The notes: generated by a model not told the origin, from the letters alone. A stretch of 32,000 bases of DNA from Promethearchaeum syntrophicum (GCF_008000775.2 NZ_CP042905.2:2640001-2672000), one strand, 5' to 3'; shown: positions 10,447 through 22,849, numbered from the stretch's first letter. Numbers and translations: made by a program.

Positions 10447-11910
10447 TTATTTTTTTCTATTTTTTAAGAACTTACCAAAATAATAAAATTGCTTCAATAT
10501 TTTAGGAATATTTCCAAGATAATTTACAACCGGCATTCCTGCCTCTATCATTTTTACTTGAAATTCATGTCTTTGATGGTATCCTTTTTCATTGTCAATA
10601 TTCATACTTGAATTACAGATAACCGGTTTTGGTGAATTCCTTATAATTTTTGAGAGAGAATCTATTGTCATTTGTTGAGCATCCTCTATTCCTATCATCT
10701 TTGAAATTATATCAAAACGTTCTGCCTCCCGAACAAAGACAACACTTCCAACACCTTCATCTTTTAATACTATTTCCATAGCTTGAGAAAAAAGTCTGGG
10801 ATCGTAGGATAATTCTCCCAAATCGAGCGGATTTTTAAGGTTAGTATTAATTGGTGGAAATATCTCAGATAATTTATCTTTTGTCTCATTTTGCAAATCA
10901 ACTATTGAAAATCCAGCTGATTCAAATTTATCTGCGAATTCAACACCAATTCCTCCTCCGGCAACTAATATTGCGACATTTAAATTCTTTGGAGTAACTG
11001 GTCTAGTTGATGCCACTTGGATTAAGTCAATAAATAATTCAAAATGATCTGCTAATAAAATTCCAGATTGTTTACACATTGCTTTCCATACATCATATCT
11101 TCCAGCTAAACCACCAGTATGTGATTGGGTAGCACTAATCCCGCGTTTAGTTTGACCCCCCTTCCAAAGTACAATAGGTTTTATTGGCGTTATTTTTTGA
11201 GCCAATTGCATAAATTTACGAGCATTGGGATTTGATTCCATATAAAGAGCAATTATTTTGGTTAATTTATCATGATAAAAATAATCTAACACTTCATTTA
11301 TTGAGATATCGTATGAATTTCCAATGGAAACACAATTATGAAAACCAATTCCTAAAGGACCTAAATTCAAATATAAACGTGCCAAGGTCCCCCCAGATTG
11401 GGAGATATAAGATACATTCCCTTTAAAAACACCCCAATCAGGATAAATTGCAAGTCTACTATATGGATTAATAATACCTAAACCATTCGGTCCAATAAAT
11501 CTAGTACTAACTGAATTGATAGCATTTTTTAAATCGTTTTCTAATGATATATTATCAGCTTCTCCAAATCCTGAAGTAAAAATTACTCCAAATTTGACAA
11601 TCTTATCACATTGCATTACTATTTCTGGAACCAATTTCGCAGGAACTGCAATTATCACCAAATCAATAGGTTTTGGTATTTCTTTATCAAGCAAACTTGA
11701 ATAAACTTTTCTTCCGAATAATTCTGATAATTTTGGATTAATAAGATAAGTTCTCCCACCTATTTCTTCAAATCCAGTATATTGAAGAGCGAGCCAAAAT
11801 TTACTCCCCCCAATTTTATTTTTAGAAGCACCCACAATAGCTACAGACTTTGGGTAAAATAATGAATTAAATTCTTTTAGAACTTTATTAGGGGTTTCAA
11901 CTGGTTCCAT
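10447..11910 (-). CDS. NDP-forming acyl-CoA synthetase-like protein (CoA-binding plus CoA-ligase, alpha-subunit-like)
   Basis: 487 aa; FYPKSVAIVGASKNKIGGSKFW, VIIAVPAKLVPEIV, GVIFTSGFGEADN, FIGPNGLGIINPYS, and the phosphohistidine-type loop TQSHTGGLAG. No ATP-grasp/beta domain in this ORF. Confidence 0.85.
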   Translation of the reverse strand: MEPVETPNKVLKEFNSLFYPKSVAIVGASKNKIGGSKFWLALQYTGFEEIGGRTYLINPKLSELFGRKVYSSLLDKEIPKPIDLVIIAVPAKLVPEIVMQCDKIVKFGVIFTSGFGEADNISLENDLKNAINSVSTRFIGPNGLGIINPYSRLAIYPDWGVFKGNVSYISQSGGTLARLYLNLGPLGIGFHNCVSIGNSYDISINEVLDYFYHDKLTKIIALYMESNPNARKFMQLAQKITPIKPIVLWKGGQTKRGISATQSHTGGLAGRYDVWKAMCKQSGILLADHFELFIDLIQVASTRPVTPKNLNVAILVAGGGIGVEFADKFESAGFSIVDLQNETKDKLSEIFPPINTNLKNPLDLGELSYDPRLFSQAMEIVLKDEGVGSVVFVREAERFDIISKMIGIEDAQQMTIDSLSKIIRNSPKPVICNSSMNIDNEKGYHQRHEFQVKMIEAGMPVVNYLGNIPKILKQFYYFGKFLKNRKK

Positions 11911-12005
11911 ACTTGGTTGAGTTTAATAATTATGACATTTAAGATTATTTTAATTTTATTTCTAGAAAAAAGTTATATTAGATTATATTCTCATTTTCTT
12001 CATAT

Positions 12006-13451
12006 TCATTTATTAATTATCTTTAGAATAAGGAATTCCCATGGATTTAATTTTAAATTAATCTTTTGTTCTTTTAGAATGAAATTTTCTTCTTTTCGAT
12101 TGTTATATTTTCTTGAGAATATTGTTTCAACTAAATTTTTTTCAGCAGTCATAGTTTCCCCTAGAATATCATTCAAATTAATAATTTCTTCAAGAGTATA
12201 AACAGAATAATTACAAATTACAAGAAAATAGGTGGATTGGTCTTTCCAATAATAAAATATTAGAGGATTATTAGTTTCAACAAAATTCCAATTGGCATTA
12301 CTAAAAATATTCCTAGTTAATACCTTTATAAAATCCGCATATATTTTCTGTATCTCTTTATTCGGAGGTTCTGGGGGATATCTCCCTAATTGAACGGGCA
12401 ATTTTATTGATAGCCCCAAATCTTGACCATAATGAACTAAACTGCAACCGGGAAGAGTTAATGTGATCATTGCGGCTGCTAGAGATTTATCTAAACCAAA
12501 ACTAGTAATAGCTCTTTCTTCATCATGGTTTTCTATAAATCGAACTAAATGATTTTGATATTTTAATTCAGCTTGAAGATGCCCTTTTATTTCTCCTATT
12601 GGACGGTGTAATAACCTATCATATAATCTTTTATCATAACAAAAATCAAAACCTTGATGGATTAGCTCCCATTCCATATCCCAATAAACTTCAGCTATGA
12701 ATAAGAAATCAGGATACTTTTTTTTAATTTCACTGATTACTTCTACCCAGAATTCTTTCTTTAATGGTTTCCCCGCATATAATCCCCATGTTTTTTGGAA
12801 AACAGAATTAGTAAGAAGCATAGCCATATCACATCGTACACCATCACAATTTTTAGCAATTTTACTTAAAGTTTCAATTACTTGTATACGAAATTCAATT
12901 GAAAACGGATTTACCTGCAGTGTATCAGTCCAAGCGGGAAAGTAAGGATCTTTTCCATGAGCAAATATTTTATTTTTGGTTTTGAAAAACATGGTAGGGT
13001 TTATTTGGGAATCAACTTCACTGCCTTGAATAAAATATTCAGGATGACTTTCTCTCCAAGGATTATCGCGAGATAAATGGTTAGGGACGAAATCTAAAAT
13101 TAAATTCTTATTTCTAGATTTTAATTCTTTATAAAATATTTTTAACCCGATATTTCCTCCTAAATTGGGATCAACATTATATTCATATATTGCGTATGGT
13201 GAACCAATTACATCGTCTATTGAAAAATCAGATAAAGCATGCTTATAATCACTTAATAATCCGCGATGCGTACTTGCAATAAATTTACTCTTTTGACTTC
13301 GTTTCCAAACACCCATTAACCAAATAGTATCATAGAGATCAAAATATTTATCAAAAATTATTTTTGGGATATTTTCTAAAGTAATAGGGTGGTCTTTTTT
13401 ATGGGAAAGTTGATTTAACCAAGGCCAAGTATTTATTTCGAAAATTATCAA
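12006..13451 (-). CDS. Alpha-amylase family glycoside hydrolase (GH13-like)
   Basis: 481 aa; conserved regions NLILDFVPNH, DGVRCDMAML (nucleophile D), FLFIAEVYWD (acid/base E), RFIENHDEERA (D), and small C-terminal beta domain. Confidence 0.88.
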   Translation of the reverse strand: MIIFEINTWPWLNQLSHKKDHPITLENIPKIIFDKYFDLYDTIWLMGVWKRSQKSKFIASTHRGLLSDYKHALSDFSIDDVIGSPYAIYEYNVDPNLGGNIGLKIFYKELKSRNKNLILDFVPNHLSRDNPWRESHPEYFIQGSEVDSQINPTMFFKTKNKIFAHGKDPYFPAWTDTLQVNPFSIEFRIQVIETLSKIAKNCDGVRCDMAMLLTNSVFQKTWGLYAGKPLKKEFWVEVISEIKKKYPDFLFIAEVYWDMEWELIHQGFDFCYDKRLYDRLLHRPIGEIKGHLQAELKYQNHLVRFIENHDEERAITSFGLDKSLAAAMITLTLPGCSLVHYGQDLGLSIKLPVQLGRYPPEPPNKEIQKIYADFIKVLTRNIFSNANWNFVETNNPLIFYYWKDQSTYFLVICNYSVYTLEEIINLNDILGETMTAEKNLVETIFSRKYNNRKEENFILKEQKINLKLNPWEFLILKIINK

Positions 13452-13521
13452 AATTTATCTATTCAAAAGATTATTTTTTGCAAATAAAACTTTTTATAAT
13501 TTTAAAAATGAAGAAAATACT

Positions 13522-16233
13522 GTGGATAAAGGAATCAAAGGTAAATTATTGAATAATTTCCTCAATGCGTGTAAAATAATTCAAAATCATTTAATTGAAA
13601 CCGAATCCTTTTCTGAATCTAACATAAATAGCATCCATCAATTCTTAAGTCGACTATTAGCCTTAGGTTGTATATATTTTTCAAATGGTAATCATCCGTC
13701 TGAATATAAAGAAATGAAAAAAGCAATTTTTTTTCAGTTTTTTAAAAAAAGAAGTAAGAGTACTGATTATAATTTTGATCAAATCATTTTTCAGAAAATT
13801 TTACTTGAAAAATTGAAAACTACTGATAAATATATCCCTGATATTTTCCAAAATACTAAAGAATCCAATAAGTTTTCAAAGTGGAAATTTAAAAAAATTC
13901 AATTAGAATTGCTTTATGAAAATCTTTGGGAATCTTTTGAATTCAATTTGACGGAAATATCAGATAATGAAGGGAAGAAAAAAAAAAATGAAAATATCAT
14001 ACATCCAGGATTATTAGGTGAACTACTTGAAAATGTGAAATATATAGAACAAAAAACCAAAATCCAAAAGGGAATTTTTTACACACCTCTTTCGGAAATA
14101 AAATTTTCAGTTTTAATGGCACTTAATAACCATTTTTTAATTAACCACCCAAATCTTTCAAGTTCTGATAAGAAGAATATAATTGACATAATTTATCGAA
14201 TTTTTAAAAATCAAAATGAATTTTCCATGCATGAAATAGAAAATCTTGTGAAATATCTAAACTATTTTCAAAATTTAAGAATAATTGATCCTGCTTGTGG
14301 ATCTGGCTCATTTCTATATCAAATACTTAATTTTTTCCTTATTATTTTAAAAAAAAATAATGTTGATAGCAAATTTATGCAATTTCCCTCCATAAATGGA
14401 GTTGATATAGATAAGTGGGCGATTTTAACAACTCAATTCCGGTTATGGGCATTAATTTCAACAAGAATGAGTAATGAAAATGAAAAATTGAAGAATTTCT
14501 ATCGTTCTAGAATAAATATTTCAAGAGGAGATTTTATCCTTGAAAATGAAAAATTAGATTTCAATAATGAAGGATATGATATAATTATTGGAAATCCCCC
14601 ATATATTCGGCATAGAGACATATTTAATCTTCAAGATAATTCCCCAAAAGCGAATCATTTGTATCGAATCTTCCTCCATTCATCTTTAAAATCGATTACG
14701 AATATTGCAGAAACTGAAAAGAGTAGGTTGGATTATTATATGTATTTTTTTTACCATGGATTAAAAAAGCTACGATCTCAAGGAATTCTTGCATTTATTG
14801 TGTCTAATTCGTGGATGAATGTGAAGTACGGTTTTAATTTTCAAGAATATATCTGTAAATTCTATAATATTAAGCAAATTTTTGATAATGAATATCGATC
14901 ATTTCAAAAAGCACAAATTAATACAGTTATTGCAATTTTTCATAAACCAAAAGAAAAAACCGATGGTAAAAATGTGGTAAAATTTATCAAATGGAAAATT
15001 CCTTACAAAGAATTGCTTTATCAGAAGGATTATAGTGATTTTGTTAAGGTGATATTTGAAAATAATATTTTTATTCCACTTGAGACTTCAAATTCCAATT
15101 TTAAAATTGTAGATAATAAAACGTTTCGTGAGTGTTCTTGTCCTCAGAATATTGTATATCATTTAAAGAACAAAAAAAATACTTATGATAGAAGTAAACC
15201 GAGTTATGCAGGTTATAATTGGGCAAATTATTTTTTCAATGCTCCACTTTTTTATTTTGAATTATTAAAAAAAATTAGAAAAGGAATCGTATATTTAAGG
15301 GATATTGCTACTATTCAACGCGGTTTAACCACAAATTGCAATAATTATTTTATCGTAAAGAAAATTGATGAAAAATTCTATTTGAATGGTTATGGTGATA
15401 AAATAGCAATCGATCCTGAATTTCTTTTACCTATTATTTCGTCTCCAAAACAACTTTCCAAACCAAATTTTAATCCCGATATATTAAACACTAAACTTTT
15501 TTATTGTAATAAATCTAAAGAAGAGCTAGAAAAAGGAAAATACCTTAAAACCTTAGAATATATACGATACGGAGAAAAAAAGAAACTTAGAGTTAAAAAA
15601 GGAGCAAAAAAGGGAGAATTTATAACAGGAATACAGAATTTAGCATCCTTTATAGAAAAACACAAAAAAAAATCAAATAATTGGTATAGTTTATCATCAA
15701 ATCTAATAGATTTCGATAATGTGAGTTTGAAATCTCCAACAATAATTTTTCAGAAAATTTTCAATACTACCTATAAAATGGGTTTTTCTGATGAATTTTT
15801 TGTTCCCAATAATACTTTCTATAAAATTACTCTAAAAAAAGCATATATCGGCCAAGAAAGGTTAGTTTTTAATTTATTATTAAGTGCATTTTCAATGTTA
15901 TCTATTGAACTTCAAGGGCGAACAAACTTTGGAGGAGGGGCTTTAGACACGGCAACTTTTAATATTGAAGAAATAATTTTATTAGATCCTTTATTTCTAT
16001 CTAAAACACAAAAAGATACCATTAATCAACACGCAACATCTCTTTTAGATCGAAATTTCAAATCTAGTCAAGCAGAATTCCAAGATAAAAATCGGAAGAA
16101 ATTTGATGAGATAATTTTAAATTTACTCCCAATTTCACTGGATAGAGATACATTATATAAGGCTATAATGAAAATTCAAAATAAACGAATATCTAGGTCA
16201 AAAACGTTTAATTCTAAACATTCGATATCATAA
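13522..16233 (+). CDS. Eco57I/type IIG-like N6-adenine DNA methyltransferase with C-terminal specificity-like region
   Basis: 903 aa from a GTG start; SAM motif LRIIDPACGSGSFLYQ, catalytic NPPY motif YDIIIGNPPYIRHRD, upstream KGIFYTP block, C-terminal region resembling TaqI/Eco57I target-recognition domains. Confidence 0.88.
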   Translation: MDKGIKGKLLNNFLNACKIIQNHLIETESFSESNINSIHQFLSRLLALGCIYFSNGNHPSEYKEMKKAIFFQFFKKRSKSTDYNFDQIIFQKILLEKLKTTDKYIPDIFQNTKESNKFSKWKFKKIQLELLYENLWESFEFNLTEISDNEGKKKKNENIIHPGLLGELLENVKYIEQKTKIQKGIFYTPLSEIKFSVLMALNNHFLINHPNLSSSDKKNIIDIIYRIFKNQNEFSMHEIENLVKYLNYFQNLRIIDPACGSGSFLYQILNFFLIILKKNNVDSKFMQFPSINGVDIDKWAILTTQFRLWALISTRMSNENEKLKNFYRSRINISRGDFILENEKLDFNNEGYDIIIGNPPYIRHRDIFNLQDNSPKANHLYRIFLHSSLKSITNIAETEKSRLDYYMYFFYHGLKKLRSQGILAFIVSNSWMNVKYGFNFQEYICKFYNIKQIFDNEYRSFQKAQINTVIAIFHKPKEKTDGKNVVKFIKWKIPYKELLYQKDYSDFVKVIFENNIFIPLETSNSNFKIVDNKTFRECSCPQNIVYHLKNKKNTYDRSKPSYAGYNWANYFFNAPLFYFELLKKIRKGIVYLRDIATIQRGLTTNCNNYFIVKKIDEKFYLNGYGDKIAIDPEFLLPIISSPKQLSKPNFNPDILNTKLFYCNKSKEELEKGKYLKTLEYIRYGEKKKLRVKKGAKKGEFITGIQNLASFIEKHKKKSNNWYSLSSNLIDFDNVSLKSPTIIFQKIFNTTYKMGFSDEFFVPNNTFYKITLKKAYIGQERLVFNLLLSAFSMLSIELQGRTNFGGGALDTATFNIEEIILLDPLFLSKTQKDTINQHATSLLDRNFKSSQAEFQDKNRKKFDEIILNLLPISLDRDTLYKAIMKIQNKRISRSKTFNSKHSIS

Positions 16234-16262
16234 TTTGAAATAAAAAGAAAAAAAAAGAGATA

Positions 16263-17051
16263 TTATAATTTTGCTAAATTATATGATGATAAAATATCAA
16301 CATTTTCAATTTCTTCTTCAAAATTATTATTATCTCTTTGGAATATGGTCGATTGTTCTTCAGATTTGTGATAAAAAGCAGGAATCATGAACCCAATACC
16401 AATAATAACAAAAGTAACCATTTCTAACAATTCTCCAACATAAGATAATCCCCATGTTCCTGATCCGAGGGTTACCCATATTGACCTTATCAATTGAGAA
16501 ACAACATAGGAACTCCATCCAATCATTAATATTAAAGAATTTATCTGAGGCAATCTTTTCTGGTGATTTATTATCCCAAATGTAATTATTGACAGAAAAA
16601 TCGGGGGAAAAGCAATAATTGCATTTATAGTTAATAATTGTGGGTAGGAATGAGCAAATAAAACAGCAATTATACTTATTAGAGCCCATCCGAAACCAAT
16701 CCCAATTTGTAGTTTTTTCTTTCCTTGAAACCAGATTACAAGCATTAAAATCACGTACGGAATCAAAACTATTACTGGACTTAGAATAAATCTTGCTTTT
16801 GCAAATGCTAAAGCTTGATAATCACTGATAATACCAGTAGTATCATTAGTACGAAATCTAATATATAAATAGATATCAAAGAGTTTTCCAATCGCATAGA
16901 AATAAAAACCCAAAGAGTTCAGAAATGGAAAATCTGTATAATATTTCTGGTTTTGCTTTATCCATTTTCTTAACAATATTGTTCCCAAGGAGAAAATAAC
17001 AACAGATTTTATAGATGTACTTATAATTAAAAGAATAAGATTTGTTTCCAT
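16263..17051 (-). CDS. Uncharacterised 7-transmembrane protein
   Basis: 262 aa, seven hydrophobic segments by eye, acidic cytosolic-type C-terminus; ATG at 17051 preceded by GGGAGGT Shine-Dalgarno in the minus orientation. Confidence 0.75.
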   Translation of the reverse strand: METNLILLIISTSIKSVVIFSLGTILLRKWIKQNQKYYTDFPFLNSLGFYFYAIGKLFDIYLYIRFRTNDTTGIISDYQALAFAKARFILSPVIVLIPYVILMLVIWFQGKKKLQIGIGFGWALISIIAVLFAHSYPQLLTINAIIAFPPIFLSIITFGIINHQKRLPQINSLILMIGWSSYVVSQLIRSIWVTLGSGTWGLSYVGELLEMVTFVIIGIGFMIPAFYHKSEEQSTIFQRDNNNFEEEIENVDILSSYNLAKL

Positions 17052-17156
17052 AATATAAACCTCCCTATTGCATTTACATTTAGTAATTTAAACTAGGAAA
17101 AAATTTAATGATAGAACGAGAAATAAACAAAAACTTGAAAAATGGAGAAAAAAACT

Positions 17157-17912
17157 TTAAGATCCGCGCATTATCTTCTTTAGACGTTCTAATTCCTTCA
17201 GCATTTCATCTCTCAAACCACCTAAACCTGGTTCACCATTTCCTGAAGATGCAGCAGGTGCTGCGGCTGCTGGAGGCCCACTTGGTGCAGCGGGTCTTTG
17301 GGCAAATGACGGTGTTTTCACAGCCCCCGGTGGTCCTGATGGGGGTCCAGTGCTACCTGGAGTAGGGGGTAACTTTGGAGGTGGAGGTAGTTTTGAAGGT
17401 GGTCCTTTAGGTGCTCCTTTCGGAGGTGCCGAAGGTGGTCCAGCTTTGGGAGGTCCTGATGGAGGTCCCGCTTTTGGAGGACCTTTGGGAGGTCCTGATG
17501 GAGGACCAGCTCTTGGAGGTCCTGATGGAGGTCCCGCTCTTGGAGGTCCTGATGGAGGGCCTGCTCTTGGAGGTCCTGATGGAGGTGCTGATGTTGAAAC
17601 AGGGGGTAAACTTGTCGGAGTTTGACCAGCTTCTGCAGGAGTTGTAGATAACATATTGAATAATAACGAAGCTGCTTTATCTCGAGCAACGGCTTTCCCC
17701 CCAGAAACTACTTGTGCAGTAGGTTCAACAGTTGCAGATACACCTGTTTTTTTCTTGATTTCCTTTACACGTTTTAGATCTTTCTTTACTTTTACTAGTG
17801 ATTTTTGAAAAGAAGTAATTGATTTACTTGTGGCATCAAGACTATCTGTAAGATCCTCAATACCATCCATTAGAAATTTAATAATTTGAGTTAATTTATC
17901 CTTAACCAACAC
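17157..17912 (-). CDS. Low-complexity proline-rich repeat protein with N- and C-terminal coiled-coil/helical segments
   Basis: 251 aa, GTG start with GAGATGA upstream (minus strand). N-term helix MLVKDKLTQIIKFLMDGIEDLTDSLDATSKSITSFQKSLVKVKKDLKRVKEIKKK; central (GPPSGPPRA)n; LPPPPKLPPTP; C-term helix GLRDEMLKELERLKKIMRGS. Confidence 0.8.
   Translation of the reverse strand: MLVKDKLTQIIKFLMDGIEDLTDSLDATSKSITSFQKSLVKVKKDLKRVKEIKKKTGVSATVEPTAQVVSGGKAVARDKAASLLFNMLSTTPAEAGQTPTSLPPVSTSAPPSGPPRAGPPSGPPRAGPPSGPPRAGPPSGPPKGPPKAGPPSGPPKAGPPSAPPKGAPKGPPSKLPPPPKLPPTPGSTGPPSGPPGAVKTPSFAQRPAAPSGPPAAAAPAASSGNGEPGLGGLRDEMLKELERLKKIMRGS
17398..17589 (-). repeat. In-frame 27-bp tandem repeat (encoding GPPSGPPRA and variants)
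   Basis: Unit on + strand gctcttggaggtcctgatggaggtccc repeated with minor substitutions; protein GPPSGPPRA x3, then GPPSGPPKGPPKA, GPPSGPPKA, GPPSAPPKGAPKGPPSK. Confidence 0.9.
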
Positions 17913-17948
17913 ATATCATCTCGTTATTTTATATGGGTGTAATTTTCT

Positions 17949-17987
17949 ATTTTAATAGTGATATTATAATGATATTATAATAGTGAT
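17949..17987. repeat. Triple imperfect direct repeat upstream of the proline-rich gene
   Basis: ATTTTAATAGTGAT (17949-17962) / ATTATAATGAT (17963-17973) / ATTATAATAGTGAT (17974-17987), read on + strand. Confidence 0.65.
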
Positions 17988-17998
17988 ATATATAAAGG
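17986..17998 (-). promoter_or_regulatory. Possible archaeal TATA box for the proline-rich gene
   Basis: Minus-strand sequence TTTATATATATCA about 75-85 nt upstream of the GTG start; immediately adjacent to the triple repeat. Confidence 0.35.
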
Positions 17999-18056
17999 TA
18001 TTTTTCAAATCCTATTAATGATTTGAATGTTTAATAATTTAAAATTTCGTTTGATT

Positions 18057-21118
<3,062 letters not shown>

Positions 21119-21132
<14 letters not shown>

Positions 21133-22849
21133 TGTGTATCAACTCCAATATTTCTTCAGTTTTTATTATTTGCTTAGGTAAAGTAGAAAAAATTTTTATT
21201 AAGCGGTTAATTTGCGGGGAAAATTTGATGGTTTCTCGATGGGAAAGCACATTTTTTGAAATATCATCTAAAATTATTCTACCCTTAGAGAAGAGAAGAA
21301 TCCTTTCTGGATACTTTGTTAGACTCTCAATATCATGAGTAACCATTATCACAAGATTCCCTTTTTTACGATATTCATCAAGATATCTAAAAAAATGTTC
21401 TTTTTGTAATGCATCCATCCCATGAGTCGGTTCATCCAAAATTAAAATTCTTGGTTGAATTACAAGCATAGAAGCTAATGCAGCTCGTTGTTGTTCTCCA
21501 TAAGAGAGAAACCGTGGATAGATGGTAAGTAAAGATTTAAGATTTAATCTATCAGAATATTCTTCTAGAAGTTTCTTTGCTTGTTCTATAGGAATTTTAA
21601 AATTCTTTAAAACTACTTCCAGTTCTTCTTTAACTGTATCCTGATAAAATTGTATACTTGGATTTTGGAAAATAAATCCTACTTCACGTGAAATTTGCGC
21701 AACGGATAAATTCTTTACATTTTTTCCATTTATTTTTATTAATCCATTTTTAGGTCGCAGTAATCCATTAAAAAGTTTTAAAAAGGTTGTTTTTCCAGCT
21801 CCATTATCACCAATAATTGCAATAAATTCCCCAGGATAAGCTTTAAAATCTATTTTTGTTAAAATTGGTTGGTTTTTTTCAAATTCAAAGCTAACATCCG
21901 CAAATTCTACTAAAGAATCAGATTCATTGAATTTTTGATCGTATTGTTCTTTATTTTGCGGAACAAATTTCAATTTACCTTCTTTGACTTTTAGATTTTC
22001 AAGCAGGTCTTTTAAAATTATTGAACAATCTTCAATATTAATCGGAATTTCATTTGGACAAATATTATACTTCAAAAGTATACTTTTGCGTTTCTTTATT
22101 TCTAAAAATAATTTGATAATTGGTGGAATGAAATATTTATTTGAATTATTTTCTTCAAGGAAAATTTGTTTCGGTTTGTCATCTTGAATAATTTGACCTT
22201 CTTTCATAATAATTAAACGATCTACATACTCAATAACCCGATCTATTCTATGTTCAATTAGAATTACTGTTATTCCTAATTTTTTATTTAGATTTTGGAT
22301 CACTTGTAAAATATCTTCTGCAGATTTTTGATCAAGTTCAGAGGTAGGTTCATCCAATATAAGAATCTCGGGTTGCATAGCTAATATTGCACCAATTGCT
22401 ACTTTTTGCTTCTCACCACCTGAGAGAGAGATTATGGATCTTTTCCGAATTAATTCTAATCCTAATAATTCAATGGTATCATCTAGTCTTTTTTTTATCT
22501 CACTTCTACTTAAATTTATATTTTCTAATCCAAAAACCAATTCAGATTCAACATTGTTCCTAAATAATTGATTTTCAGGATTTTGAAATACCATTCCAAT
22601 TTTCTGTGCAAGATTTCGAGATTTTTCCTCAAAAACATTCATATTATGAATTTTAATAGATCCTGATATTCGACCACCATAAAAATTAGGAATTAGTCCG
22701 TTTAATGTCCGGATCAAAGTCGACTTTCCACTTCCAGAAAGTCCAGTTAGAAGAATGAATTCACCTTTAGAAATCTTTAAGTTAATATCTTTTAGAGTCT
22801 TTAAGGTTTTACCAAAATAATCAAAATTTAAATTATTAATATCAATCAT
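21119..22849 (-). CDS. ecfA: ECF transporter ATPase with two fused ABC domains (EcfA-EcfA')
   Basis: 576 aa; NBD1 GLSGSGKST / LSGGEKQ / ILILDEPTSELD; NBD2 GDNGAGKTT / LSYGEQQ / ILILDEPTHGMD. Confidence 0.94.

Noticed and set aside
10427-10470. T-rich convergent intergenic tract between the longin-like gene and the acyl-CoA synthetase gene as bidirectional terminator
   Set aside because: Poly-T is consistent with archaeal termination on the + strand, but no structure and ubiquitous T-runs in this AT-rich genome make it non-specific.
11917-12201. + strand 94-aa ORF
   Set aside because: Mostly antisense to the GH13 gene C-terminus, low-complexity Ile/Phe/Ser composition.
16360-16689. - strand 109-aa ORF (Cys/Phe/Tyr/Asn-rich)
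   Set aside because: Out-of-frame reading of the 7-TM protein gene, composition typical of spurious AT-rich ORFs.
17432-17589. CRISPR-like array
   Set aside because: Repeats are contiguous 27-bp in-frame coding units with no spacers.
17350-17625. + strand ORF encoding MLPGVGGNFGGGGSFEGGPLGAPFGGAEGGPALGGPDGG... (glycine-rich repeat protein)
   Set aside because: It is the antisense reading of the proline-rich repeat gene on the minus strand, which has proper termini, a Shine-Dalgarno-like sequence and helical ends; the + ORF starts and ends inside the repeat.
17318-17689. + or antisense ORFs with LHQDLPK/LLEVLMEV repeats (17318-17689, 17411-17647)
   Set aside because: Other-frame artefacts of the same 27-bp tandem repeat.
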